Shown here piece by piece: positions 47,226-60,787 of a DNA stretch of 64,000 nt. The notes under the pieces were generated by a model. That model made no database searches. It was given only the letters and a program-made list of their open reading frames with translations, and had not been told where the DNA came from. This DNA comes from Bugula neritina (lineage: Eukaryota > Animalia > Bryozoa): contig OZ037772.1 in NCBI GenBank assembly GCA_964035545.1, positions 2,852,001 through 2,916,000 on the forward strand. Reading direction: 5' to 3'. Positions within the stretch are counted from its first letter, which is position 1. Each line of letters begins with the position of its first letter. The translations under genes and the position numbers were made by a program.

Positions 47226-49769
47226 CGGATGCCTCTTCTCTCACATTTTCCTCAACCAGTTTCTGTTTCAACTGCCAATCTCTCTGCTGATTTTCCAAGT
47301 TCAACTCTTTCTCCTAAACACAAGCATGACTTGATATATATAACTGTCCTACAGTAACAGCAGTAGTCACATGTATTGAGATACAAAAGAGGTATTATAA
47401 GTATAGACAACAACTTGGCAGTCAAACAGATCTGAAATTTATAGTCTTTGTCTGGTTTGTAGTCTAACATCAGCTCTAAATTAAATTAAAAAGAATGCAT
47501 TACGAAATGCAATACATAGTAACCGCCTATGATTTATTTAGAATAGACTACATTATATATATTATTGTATACATTATATAATATCATATAACATGGCAAA
47601 TATCACATAATACTGTATAAATTATACAGTATTATATAGTATATAATATTACCCCGCCACACGCGCAGGACCACGGCGGTGAAAGGTGACCAAAGATGAT
47701 CATAGTAAATAATATTACATATAATTATATTTTATAAAATTATTTTATAAAACTACTATAATGTTTACGTAACGTCATAAAACAACCGACTACAGACACG
47801 AGAGGAAGTTGTATCACCTTCAGAGCTTTGCGAAGATCCACAATCCCCTGCATGGTGGAGAGACTGTCCCGCCCTAACCTGATTGCTTGGCCCTCAGTCT
47901 ACCTTTCTCAGCCCACAGCTCTCTGATCAACTTGACAATGAGATTTTTATTTACTCTAGCGAGGTTGACTATAGAACGGGCTGTAGATGTGAAGAAAACA
48001 TGCTACCCAACACCAAGATTCATACCCTCAATTATAACTTTTCAAAAGAAAAATAAAAATTGTAGAAACTTTGGAAGTTAGATGTGTTTTCAAAATGTGA
48101 AGTAAAAAACACAATCCAAAAAGAATATAACCAATCACATGACTTGTTACATATTTAGACGCTGAACACTTTTTAAATGAAGCAGATAATCATAAGTGGG
48201 CTGAAAAGCATATTACAGTAGCTAGTTAAAAACACACATACTCCCACTTTTCTCATAAACTGTAAATACGCCCACACTCACATTGGTACCTGAACTCATA
48301 CTGAAAGCGTTGCTCATAGCTGGTTCATATTGATACTGATATCATGAAGTTAATAATGATATTCATCCTCAATAGTAAAGTTAGTAAATGGTATTGATTC
48401 ACCCACAATGACAATTACTTGCAAAAGTTATATATTATTTATTTATTGACTTGGTGAGTTATTTAATTTTATCAGTTATAATGTGTATCATTCAAATGCG
48501 AATGTTGAAAATGATCTAGTCAATTTGATTACCTCATACTAATTTCGATTCATCACAATTGTCGCAATAATTTTGCCAATAATTCAGTTTCACGATGCTC
48601 ATTCAGTGATTGACAGCTAGTCTTACATTGACCTTCAAGCCTAAAGCAACAGAATCTAACAGTAAGTGTAACTATAAGATTAAGTATATTTAGTTTACTA
48701 TCAAGTATTAACATTACCACGTAAAATTAAAATCTGTCAGTGTCTATAAAATTAAATTCTATAAAGCAAAATTACAAACCATTTTTATTCATGCTCTAAC
48801 TTTGAAACCAGTGATACAAAAATAGTGTCATATCACTATTTGATATTCATGATGATATTGTTCTTGTAATTGATGTTCACATTCTGTTAATGTTATTCGT
48901 ATTGATATTATTATTGGTATTGTGATACTGATCGTCATTCTGATTTAGTGAATTTCACTATGATTGTGGTTGCCCCTGGCCTGGCAACTGGCTCTTCTCA
49001 TTGCCACACTCAGTCAGTCACTCGTACTGAGAGTGAGTACGCCGTACGGTATTCACACTCACAGTGATTGTCGTTGGGATTGTCAATATTGTCATACTGA
49101 TACTCATAGTCATTCAACCATACTCATTGTGATTCACAGCGAATGCTTGAGTGAATTGATACTGATAGCACATTGAGCTTGACATTAGGCATTAATTGAT
49201 TAATTTCAAGTGATTATCTTTTACTTCGAGTTTTACCTCGTAGTCGTTGGGTTCAGCTTCAACTTGGTGTTGGTTTCAAAGTTGAAGCATCAGGATATTG
49301 TGAATATGAAGAGAAGATGAAGCAGCTGTTTGGGGTGTAAACAAACCTAAATAGTACGCAAAAATTATAAATACTAAACGAAGAAATCAGCGGCGATGAA
49401 AAGCACCGCTTGTTACAGGGTTTCTAAATTTATATTGCTATAGTGATGAGAAATCGCTTGAAGCAGCATTGAATAGGTAGTCACCGAGTGTATTGACTTA
49501 AGAGCATCAAGTTTAAAATGCAAACAAATTCTTACACAAACTTTGCACGTGGTCACTACTCATTCGGTGCTGCTTCTAGTGATCTTCAGAACAACAATAA
49601 TGGTGACAGACAGTGAGCGTAACGCATGATAGTTTGAAAAATCTGTAAGTTTATAAATTTATATTGCAGTTGCTTGTAGATAGTGCTAGTATATTAATAG
49701 TGATAAATTGATTTATAATTATGTTTTATTGTTATACTATTGTACTTGTAGCCTATATATATATATATA

Positions 49770-50230
49770 TATACTGTGAGTTATTATATTATATACTGTG
49801 AGTTATTATATTATATACTATGAGGCATTATACTATATACTATGAGTTATTATATCATATACTGTGAGTTATTATATTATATACTGTGAGTTATTATATT
49901 ATATACTATGAGTTATTATACTATATACTATGAGTTATTATATTATATACTATGAGTTATTATATTATATACTGTGAGTTATTATATTATATACTGTGAG
50001 TTATTATATTATATACTGTGAGTTATTATATTATATACTATGAGTTATTATATTATATACTTTGAGTTATTATATTATATACTATGAGTTATTATATTAT
50101 ATACTATGAGTTATTATATTATATACTGTGAGTTATTATATTATTTACTATGAGTTATTATATTATTTACTATGAGTTATTATATTATATACTATGAGTT
50201 ATTATATTATATACTATGAGGCATTATAAT
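49770..50230. repeat. 22-bp minisatellite
   Basis: Unit TACTATGAGTTATTATATTATA. Confidence 0.9.
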
Positions 50231-51927
50231 ATTATAAACTGTTTCCCCAACAATGAGTGGAGACACAACTCCAACAAATGGCCAGTTGATGCTCCAATGA
50301 CCACGGCTCTCTTCACAGAAGGTGTGACAACTCTACAGGGGGACTATGTCCAAGGGTTGGGCTACTACGAGTACGTCCCGCAATACTTCAGATGTTCTGC
50401 TTTTTTCTTTAAACCCTTTATACTATACTAAAATTTATGTTAGATTTCTAGTTAAGCTTCCAGGCTACGTTACATCCAGAGCCTTTGCAGACACGCTGCC
50501 TGCAGCTCAGACACATGCAGACACTTGGCAATAGCTGCCAGTGAACTGATTCACTAGTGAAATAATATTGATAGTGTCATCCATGTGTCATGTTAGATTA
50601 TTGGTATAATGAGGTTACATCAGTGATGATTAAAATTACTTGTCAGTCTAGTTCACAATAATGCCTTTGCTGTCTATTTCTCTACATTCTTTACATTCCA
50701 CAACATTGCTTGGCTATTTCTTTAAACCTCTACATTATAGCCTACGGCATTCATAGTCTGTTGCATTAGATATGAAGTCATGGAATATAGAAGAACCACG
50801 TTTATGTGAATCTCACACAAGTTCTGATTGGTTCTTGTGAATCTCACACAAGCTCTGATTGGTCTCATTACCTGTCTAATTACAAATATTGACAGAAGAA
50901 GACTTTAACTAACTGAAACTCTATCTCTATATTGATAATCTGCTTTAGTAAAAAGTGAGTACCTGGGGTGGAGAGAGCCAGTTCTCAGGAAGCTGATTAT
51001 AGAGAGGGCTGAAGGAGCTGATTTTGTGCCAGTCTTGGAGACAGAGCAGGTTTTGGCCGGGACGGCTTTGAGAGTAACGATTAATGTGACAGCGGAGTTT
51101 GAAAGTCATCAACTTGAAGTGAGTGTGGATGCTTACCCACGTCTGCTGATTATAAACGAGTGTAGAGTTTTATTTACTGGGAAGCGGTTTGTTTTACCCC
51201 CTCATAAGTGCAGAGAGGTAAATTTTCAGTTTCGTGGAACAGTTGATTTAGTTTATACAAAACACTCTCAATGCACTCTTCTAGAATACAAAGTTACAAG
51301 CTACAGGCTACAAAGTTATATAAGACATGCGTTATTGGAGGTGAAAAAGGTTTTGTTTTCTCTTTTTATTTTTCTTTATTTACTGATTATAGATATTTAT
51401 TTTGAAAAGTTTTTGTCAACCACTGAGAGTTCCAAACACAGATGCGGGCGGTGACTTTAAGCAGTGTTACAAGTTCTGTACCTTTGAGGCTCAATGTCAA
51501 GGGATTCCAGGGTCCACCTGCCACCTTAGTGAGTTGTCTTCTCACAGCATACAGTTTGAAGTATGCTTATCAACTACCTAGTATGCTGAAACAAATGTGG
51601 GTTTTTAGTGTATAAGTGCTTTCTGACTCTCTTCAGTTTGTATAATACAAGAACCCAGTAGAATCACTGAATTGGTATAACATAGATATATATTCATCAG
51701 AAATGTACATGATGTAGCAGTGCAGCCCAATGAAGTCATTCGGAAAGTTAAATGATGTTCTTTTAGACATTGCTCTGTAGAACTCAGACTGAGCATGTGA
51801 CATCCAGGTTCCGAGTGTATTACCATCAGTGGTGGAGACGAAGGAGGTTGTTGGTGTACAGGGGGTACTCACTACTACAACCGAGCTTGTGTACCTGGCA
51901 TTACTAGTAAGTGTGTATCTAAAGACA

Positions 51928-53973
51928 AGCAGAGTGACAGATGAACTGACAAACTGACTGGCTAACTGGCTGGCTGACTGACTGACTGACTGACTGACTG
52001 ACTGACTGACTGACTGACTGACTGACTGACTGACTGGCTTACTGGCTGGCTGACTCACTGACTGACTGACTGACAGGTAAACAGATAGGTAAATATTGAT
52101 CACATATATAGTGAAGCTACCAACTGAGACCCAGACTGTGTTTTGATTTAGCATATACTGGTATATGATATCTTTCTACAATGTGTTTACAGTTTACTCT
52201 ACAAAGTATAGTTCCATCAGATGGACTCACTCTACTCACGTGTAAGACTCATCAAGAATGTCTACCCAATCAGATCTGTGTTAACGAGGTGTGCACACTG
52301 ACGTGTGAAAGTGACTCTGAGTGTACATTCAACCAGGTTAGATACTGCATACATGTCTCTATCATAGCAGGTATTTCACAAACTATTCTGAAACCCATAC
52401 TTTTATTGTTCATTGTCTACGTATTCTCCACCATATTTTTACTAGAAGTAAACTTTATTTCAGTAATGAGTTTAAAATAAATTATTGTTTCGCATTGTAC
52501 AGTTTATTATTGCCTGAATCTTGTAATAAGAATATTGACAATATTAGAGCAGCTATGTGATTGGCTTAACAATACCAGAGCAGGGATTTGATTGGCTTAG
52601 CAATATCAGTGCAGCGATGTGATTAGTTTTACAATATCAAAGCAGGGATGTGATTGGCTACTCTGTTCTGTTCTGCAGGGCTTCAGAGGAGACGAGGGGA
52701 AACGGGATTGCCCTGTGCTGTAGGAGATGCTGGAAAACCCGGACCTCAATGTCCAATGGGAGAGAGCCGGTCGACTGGGCTCAAGAGATTCCTCGGACCA
52801 GTCGGTGCTCCTGGTTATCCTGACCTGCAAGAACCGAGGTTGGTGAATAGTATCTTTGTGGGGCTCACTGCTTGTGTGGGAGTTGTTTCCTCTGAAATAT
52901 TTGGAGGTGTAGCTTGAGTTCCTTGCCTTGTGTTATCAGTTAGCCCCGCCTAGGTGTTTCACAGGTTATTACAGGGTTGGGGTAATTGTAATTTGTAATT
53001 GTAATTTGTTGTATTTAATTACATTTTTTCAAGTAATTGAATGTAATTTGTGATTGATGTATAAAAATGTAATTGTAATTGTAATTAATTACATATCTAA
53101 TGTAATTGATTTTTACAATTACATCTCAATTACTTCAAACTTTTAAATCTTAAGAAATTCATTCTTTTTTAACATGCCTACTGTTAAATAACAAGTTCAG
53201 GTTAAGTCAATGTAGTATAGTATCAGTGTTGAGAACAAAGGAGGTTCACCACTGTCAAAATTGCCCCTGCTAGTTGGACCCTAGAAGTGAAATTGCATAA
53301 CTTCCATTTGTCCTTTGTGAGAACAAAAGTAATTGTAATTGTAATTAATTGCTCTACAATGTAATTTTGTAATGTAATTAATTACATTTATTTCAACTGT
53401 AATTATAATTGTAATTGACAAATTCTCATGTAACTGTAATTAATTACATTCACATGTAATTGACCCCAACAACCCTGGTTTATTATGGAGCTCATACTTT
53501 TATTGTTCAAGGTCTAGATGTATTCTCGTCCACCATGTTTTTACTAGAAGTAAACTTTAATTCGGTAATAAGTTTAAAATAAATTGATTTTTCCTATTTT
53601 GCTGTTTATTGTTGCCTGAGTATTGTAATGAGAATATTAGCTTCACAATACCAGTGCAGCGATGTGATTGGTTTGACAATATCAATGCAGCGATGTGATT
53701 GGCTTGACAGTATCAGAGTAGTGATGTGATTGGCTACTCTGTTCTGTTCTGCAGGGCCATGCCTACTTGTATTATGTGTTAATCTTGTTTTGCAGTGAAC
53801 AGAAAGGGATAATGGGTCCTAAAAGACACCCAGGATCTTACAGAACTGATGGAGAGGAAGGGTTCACCCGATGTTGATGGCCTGCCTGCTATATCCGGCA
53901 ATCCTGGAGATGCAGGAGAAAGGAGACCACCTGGTTTCTCAGGAGATACCGGACTTTTTGGAGAACCAGGTGA
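51928..53973 (+). repeat. Segmental duplication copy B
   Basis: Direct homology to 38366-40370. Confidence 0.92.
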
Positions 53974-55593
53974 TGTTTATGCTCAATTGAGTTTAATCTG
54001 TCAAGTTATGTTGGGATCTTTTTCGTTTTCATTATTTTATGTTTGTTATGTGGAAAAGGGGAAAACTCTATCTCGAAGCATTTTTGTTTTTTCAGAGAGC
54101 TTTGGATTATTTGATTATGGTCTACACAGGGGTGTAGACAAACTAAACTAGACAGGGGTGTAGACAGACTAAACTTACTACGAACTTATAACTACCCTGC
54201 GTCATGCTGTCATGAGGTCTCTATTCTCTCCTATAATTTGACCTTTATTTAGCGAGCAGATTTCAAGTGGGCTATTCTATAGTGACCAGTCACACTGTTT
54301 ATTATAGCAACAGAGAAATCAAGTTGAAAACTAGTTGCACCTGTTGTGATGCTATCACTGGGTGCTTACCGGTAGAGACGGAGTACCTGGACCTGTTGAG
54401 ATAGGATATCAGGGTAAACAAGGAGATCAAGGTCCTGCAGCTAAGAATTCGGAGTTAATCACTATTGTTTGTGTATTTCTATTCTTTTTAGGTATTCTAT
54501 AATATGCTGGGGTTGTCAGATTGATCTAGTGGAGTTACCTCCTCTTAAGTGAAAGATACTTTAATATTATAATTTGCTCATCAATCTGACTGATTAAAGC
54601 TACTGCTGTCAAAAAACAAGATTGTTGCAGTCTAAAAATTAACGCCAGCTATAAACTATACGCAGCAAATCTTTTAGCTTGGAGTAAATTGACCAATCTT
54701 TGATAATCAATTTTAATTTTTTAGCTTTTATAGTATGGATGTTGATGAGTGTTGCTATAGTAACATGTTGGTTTCCTGTATGGATTGTAGTTTGAGTATC
54801 AGGCAAAGTTTTCCCGATTCAACTTCCTTCGAATTCACTCTGAGAGAGCAAAGCAAACCCTGACTCACAGGTAATAGTCACTGCTAGCAGCTTATCAAAT
54901 AGTCACTAGTTGCTAGTCACCAGATATTAGTCCTCTACTATGTTGCTAGTCACTTGATAATCTGAACAATCACTGGCTTCTTCTTAAGCTGAGTGAGTTG
55001 TTGGTATGACTGTTCCTTTTGCTGATTGTAGATGTATAAACTCAGTGGCAGTACAAGATGCATGCGAAAGGAAGAATAAGTCAGTCATTTTATATACAGC
55101 TGGTGATAAAGAATACACAGCGACAGATAGCAGGTCCCAATATTCCGTGCTGCAGGATTTTTACAAGGTATCTAAATCTGACCTATATACTGTAAATCTG
55201 ACCTATATAGTGTAAATCTGACCTATAAAGTGTAAATCTGACCTATATAGTGTAAACCTGACCTATATAGCATAAATTCGACCTGCACTTGAACATGATT
55301 GCGATAGTTGCATTTTTTTTATATTGATATACAATATAGCTTGCCTTTGAGGCTTTTTAACAACTACTCATGAGTTCAACCCAAAAGCCACTTTGATTTC
55401 TGTGCAAGTTTAGAGTTTTGAGTTTGCCGTCTGCCATTTTGTAGTATTCCAAATACCATCAGAAGCTCTGACAGTGATTGAGATTGACACCAAGACCCCC
55501 ACCCACTTGCATATTAATGACATTGCTCCTGGTGACATCAGGACCACCCACAAAGAGTTTGGGGTTCAGCTTGGAGAAGTCTGCTTTTCATAG
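52679..55593 (+). pseudogene. Fibrillar collagen pseudogene fragment: three Gly-X-Y exons plus the last three exons of the C-propeptide (COLFI)
   Basis: Gly-X-Y blocks at about 52679-52838, 53796-53969 and 54370-54440. COLFI exons are 54791-54870 (FEY..FNFLRIHSERAKQTLTHR), 55032-55167 (CINSVAV..KSVILY..YSVLQD) and 55445-55593 (TVIEIDTK..INDIAPGDI..EFGVQLGEVCFS*). Frameshifts and loss of conserved Gly/Cys are evident. Confidence 0.85.
52972..53477. mobile_element. hAT-type MITE (truncated copy at 39590 to about 40027)
   Basis: CAGGGTTGGGG...CCCCAACAACCCTG termini, 8-bp TSD G(G/T)TTATTA and GTAATT-rich subterminal repeats. Confidence 0.8.
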
Positions 55594-56304
55594 ACTCATA
55601 TCTAACAACAGTTTTATTTGTCTGATTTGTAAGACTGTTCCTGATTAGATAATTAGTGGCCAATCAGAGAATGCAATCAATGTTTGGTTGGCTGAGACCA
55701 GCAGTCTGATTTTTATATAACCTAATTTTAAATGAAAGATTTGATTACTCTAAATAAATTTATCTGAGACTTCCAAGGCAGTGATGGTGATTTTTGTACA
55801 TATAAATTTGAAGGAGTTTAGCTATAGAGTTTATGCTGTTTTTTTAATTATTCCACCATAACCTGAGATTGTGAGTAGTAATTCTAGAATGAGATAGGGA
55901 GGGTGTTATGCCCCTCCCTGTGATTTTATATATTTAGAAATTGTTGTTGATTTAGTAATTCTGTTGGTGCTACATTTTTGAATTAATTTAATCCAATCAT
56001 TTCTTTAATATTGCAAAATATATTTTACCATACAGCACTACACAATTTATTTCTCAGCTTGTAAATTTCACCATCAAAATTATTATAGTACTAAAGTTGG
56101 TCACAGATTTCTGATAAGCTGCAGTTTTCAGATCTGATTATTTATCCTATTCATCCTGAAATGAGACATTGTTAGTTTAAAATGGAATTTTACATATATT
56201 TTAGTTACTTAGTTCCAACTGTGTTGACCATATGAACATTTTAAATTTTACTTTGGCTGCTATGAAGTATATAAGCAAATGGCATTAAGTTATTAATATA
56301 TAAT

Positions 56305-56640
56305 AAGGTTTGCAAAGACTTAATATACCAAGCAACTGTGACAAGACATGCCAATAACTCCAGCCAATCATACATAGGACTTTGTTCAACTACCTTCAAA
56401 GCCAGACTCAGCAACCATAAAGCCTCTTTCCTACATGCAGATAAAGCCAACAACACACAACTCAGCAGACACATCCGGGATTTAGAACAAAAACAACACG
56501 AAATTCAGCCTAAAATGGATCATTTTAAAAATTTGTAAATCATACTCAAAACCTAATCAACAGATGTAACTTATGTAGCTATGACAAATATGTAATTTTG
56601 AAACAACCGGAGTTATCCACTCTCAACAAACGCAACGAGC
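56305..56640 (+). mobile_element. Penelope-like retroelement GIY-YIG endonuclease fragment
   Basis: LIYQATV...SYIGLCSTTFKARLSNHKASF...NTQLSRHI, then after a frameshift RCNLCSYDKYVIL...LNKRNE. Confidence 0.85.
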
Positions 56641-56844
56641 GAAGTGTGAGAATTCCATGCTAGTGACCTGCCACACACAGTGCGTGTGTTGCGAGTGCAA
56701 AATATTATTAGCAAATGATGTTAGCGTTAAACTTTACTGCTCGCCTACAGACGTTTGTTTTTAAACAGCGTCACCGGGCAAAGTAATTTGGATATTATAA
56801 AAGCGGAAATGTAAAATATATAAAACTGTTTTAATTCAGCTCAG

Positions 56845-57325
56845 TATATTATGTCATACAGCATATTATGTTATACAGTATATTATGTTATACAGTATAT
56901 TATGTTATAGAGTATATACTATGTTATACAGTATACTCTGTTATACAGCATATTATGTTATACAGTATATTATGTTATACAGTATATTATGTTATACAAT
57001 ATATTGTGTTATAATACAGTGTATAATGTTATACAGTATATTACGCTATACAGCATATTATGTTATACAGTATACTATGTTATACAGTATATTATGTTAT
57101 ACAGTATATACTATGTTATACAGTATACTCTGTTATACAGTATAATTATTATGTTATACAGTATACTCTGTTATACAGTATACTATGTTATACAGTATAT
57201 ACTATGTTATACAGTATACTATGTTATACAGTATATTATGCTATACAGTATACTATGTTATACAGTATACTATGTTATACAGTATATTATGTTATACAGT
57301 ATATTATGTTATACAGTATACTGTA
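56845..57325. repeat. About 17-bp minisatellite
   Basis: Unit TATGTTATACAGTATAT. Confidence 0.9.
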
Positions 57326-60300
57326 TACTGTCATTGAGCTGGTTTACAGTGAAGGATGATTTGCTAAATTTTGTGTTTTTATATAAGATAGGATTCCTTC
57401 AATTAATATGCTAATGGTTAGGAATCAGCAAATAAACTGCCTTGACCTGCAAAGTGACCTACAATGTGCAGCTTGTCAAAACCCAAGTCAAACTTAAGCA
57501 AGCTGCAGCACAAATTCACCAGCTTCAGCCATAATATTAATAATTGAACTGCTTTGTGCTTTTTACATGCATAATATAATAATCATAATCTTATTATTAT
57601 AATCAAATATACTAGAACAAATATAGACTTCTATTGTATATTATGCCTATCATTCATAAATTGCACTTTTAGAAAAAGGGGAACTTAATAGTAAACAGTT
57701 ATGGAAGGGGAGATGATATGGCATGAAAAAGGTTTGGAACCACTGAGCTAAACGAACCACCATACCTCTACCATAGCATCACATCCCTCTGCCATCTTGA
57801 TTGCAGCCTGCCAATTAAGAAAATTCAGGATTAACCAGAGATTCAGTGATGTCGCTGAATATGCTAGTACTAAACAGCTCAACTTAAACAAAATAAATAT
57901 ATTTTACATAATGAAAGTACAAACAAAAAGATGCAAGTGCTAGCTGACACTCAAGACTACTGATAAGAGACAAATTTCTTGTAGATATTTTGCTACTATA
58001 GAGGACATTGACGTTATCGGTATATTTGTAATTTGAAAATATACATTCTAAATTAGCTCAATTGAAAAATATGTACACTTCCTGCCCTGGATAATTTTTT
58101 AGATTTCAACCTAAGAGTTGTCTATCTTCGACACAATATAGCGATCGGCTCACTGAATGCAACATTTCTTTCACGTGATTATTATAGAGCTTTGTATCGA
58201 CCTTTGTAGTCGAGTGACGTGTAATAATCCTTCTGCGCGCAGAACTTCCTCGTTATTTTGGTTTTATTGTGCCTCATCTAAGTTACTACTTACTAGTAAT
58301 AAATACTAGTTACCAAGTTTCTTACCAGTTTACAGACTGACACTATTGACTCTCGTGAGGTGAGAACAGTTTGAGTTATCTCATCATTTCTCAAATTAAT
58401 CAGGTACCCGTACTTTAATACTTGCAGTTAGATTTACTATTTTACTTTTAGTTTTAGTATTTACTATTTAAGTATTTTAGTATTTAGTATTTTACTATTT
58501 TAATTCTAGATTTACTTTTACTTTTAGTTTTAGTTTTACTTTTAGCCTTTAGGCTTTAGGTTTAAGTCTAGGCTTATAACTTATATAATATCAATATAGG
58601 ATTAAGCTTAAGACTACGTTATATTTAAATTATAAGTTATATAAATTAAAATTCTTACAGTTAATGTTATAATGTTAATTAAATATAATTGTTTCTCTTT
58701 CAGTCTTTGATTTGAAATTTACAATAGACATAGTAATACCATAGCTCATAGGCATATGATCTATAATTAATTAATTATAATGATTTATCGAGTAATATAA
58801 ATATGAATATCGTATTAATAATACTAAATTTATTATTATTATAAAAAATTTAATCGACTTCAAGTTTAGGTTCAAGTTTTAATACTAAAAAAATTGATCT
58901 ACTAGTAGTAGTACTAGTACTACTACTACTACTATTCATATTGTGCCTCATCTCAGTTACTAGTTACCAAGTGTCCGACCAGTTTACTGACTAACACTAT
59001 TGACTCTCGTGAGGTGAGAGCATTTTGAGTCATCTCATCATTTCTCAAATTAATCAGGTACTTTACTACTTACAGTTTCCGTTAGATTTACTAATTACTT
59101 TGTCTTTTAGACTAAGAGTACTACAATATGACTATGAGTATGACTATGAGTATAGACTATAGTGTATACTATTACTATTAGTATTAGTATTAGTATTAGT
59201 ATTACTATTATAATTTGTATTGTTGTATGAGTAATTAGTATTATCTTCTTTCACTCATTGCACTACATTTACTATAAGTATAAGTATAATTATAACTATA
59301 AACTTAAAGTGTAAGTTACTATATTAATATTACTGCACTACTATAACTGTCAGTATTACTTTTAGCGTTACAGTTGGTCTTACTGCCAGTGCCAGGTCTG
59401 CTACCAACATCATTAAATTTATTTATAATGATAATATTGCCATTGGTGATTATCACACAATATTATTGATTATCGACATAGCTCGACTTTGTTAAGTCAA
59501 TATTTAACAAGTTGGTTTTATAATACTAATACCAATAGGTTTATTATAACCAGTGAGTCGCTTATTTTTACTTTGTGAATTTATGATTGTAGCATTTTCA
59601 TACTTATAATATTTATTGCAAATTTTTGAATTAATGTTACACTTACTCAATTTGAATATCAGAATATCTTACCACTGGCACTAGTCAGTTATTAATTAAT
59701 GACAGTGCATAGTGATCACTGCATGTGAGACATTGTCATACCCTGCACATCCCAATGCACTGCCCTTCTGGATTCATTGTGAATAGCGTATTCGGTTGGC
59801 TTATATTATTTTACTCAGCTTTGATTATACAACTAACACGTACTGCACTGCTCTAATTTATGTAACAATGCTTGCTAGTTGCTGCTATCTTTACCTCTAT
59901 ATTTCTGTCATTCAAAAACTAACATAATTACATAATAGGTACATAATTGGAATTTGACTATTCTATAAATTACTGAGAATATATGGTTAGCCACATTTAT
60001 ATGATGTACTCTTGTTGTAGACATAAAATATGAGGTTAGTGTTAATAAATCATTTGCTAGGTAAGAGTGTAGAATAAATAATTGACTAGAGATGAGTGTA
60101 GAAGCTGCCAACTCATGAAACAACTACACCTGATCTAACAGAAGCACAAACATGTTAAATTAGTTTGTTTCACACCACCATAGTTTCTATTAGATGATTA
60201 GAATAGCAAACTAGCCGTTGATGGCATGTTTCCTGGCTGGTCGAAGGATTAGCCAATGCATCACCAATATTCCAGAGATGTTAAAATAAGTTTTTTAATT

Positions 60301-60787
60301 TAGATTATTAAGATAACAAATAATTTTTAACACCCAGCACAAAATATTTTATGAGACTATGTTTTCTCCCACTGCTATGTTTCCCCCTGTTTTGTGTCTT
60401 AGCGTGAGCCCACTCTACATATTAGAAACACTTGATTAGTGATGTTCAATAGAAGTAGAATAATAGTGTTCACTGAAGCACACAACATTGCTTCATATTT
60501 ACTGTATGTGGAGTTTGAGTCACCAGCAAAAACCTATTCAGTGATTACAATGGAAACAATACAGCCTTTGTTAGAGAGTTAAAGCTGTGAGCTCAGCATG
60601 TTGTAGCTGGCTATCATGTATACCAGTGTTATTAACTGCCTTTGTTTAACATTATTTTTCACTTTATTTTGTATGGTTTGTTGTTAATGGTTAAGTCTTT
60701 GATTTGGAAACCTTCACAGATGTGGTGTGAAATATTATGCTAAGAGTATGTGCATCTTTTACAGGATTTCCTTATTATATAACCAAG

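Larger units (their letters stand above)
41432..47980 (-). pseudogene. KIF14: Kinesin-3 (KIF14-like) gene fragment lacking the motor domain
   Basis: Exons include 47980-47818 (neck, ARSIVNLARVN...KLIREL, with an in-frame TAG and a frameshift), ~47313-47211 (coiled coil), and FHA exons ~46175-46070 (ITPIDKEAPTFVNG) and ~45611-45468 (DRVIIGGDLYFHFNH..PKDFLFAK). Exon ~43741-43496 reads FTVSKFEERLADMREL..F.NPGDSW, and further C-terminal exons follow. No motor-domain exons were seen upstream. Confidence 0.8.

Noticed and set aside
50216-51530. Exon-like open frames upstream of duplication copy B
   Set aside because: Possibly part of the Cys-rich gene, but no family was recognised and the splice structure could not be established.
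56885-57414. Y/I/C-rich ORFs (also 6010-6264 and 46920-47334)
   Set aside because: Translations of tandem repeats.
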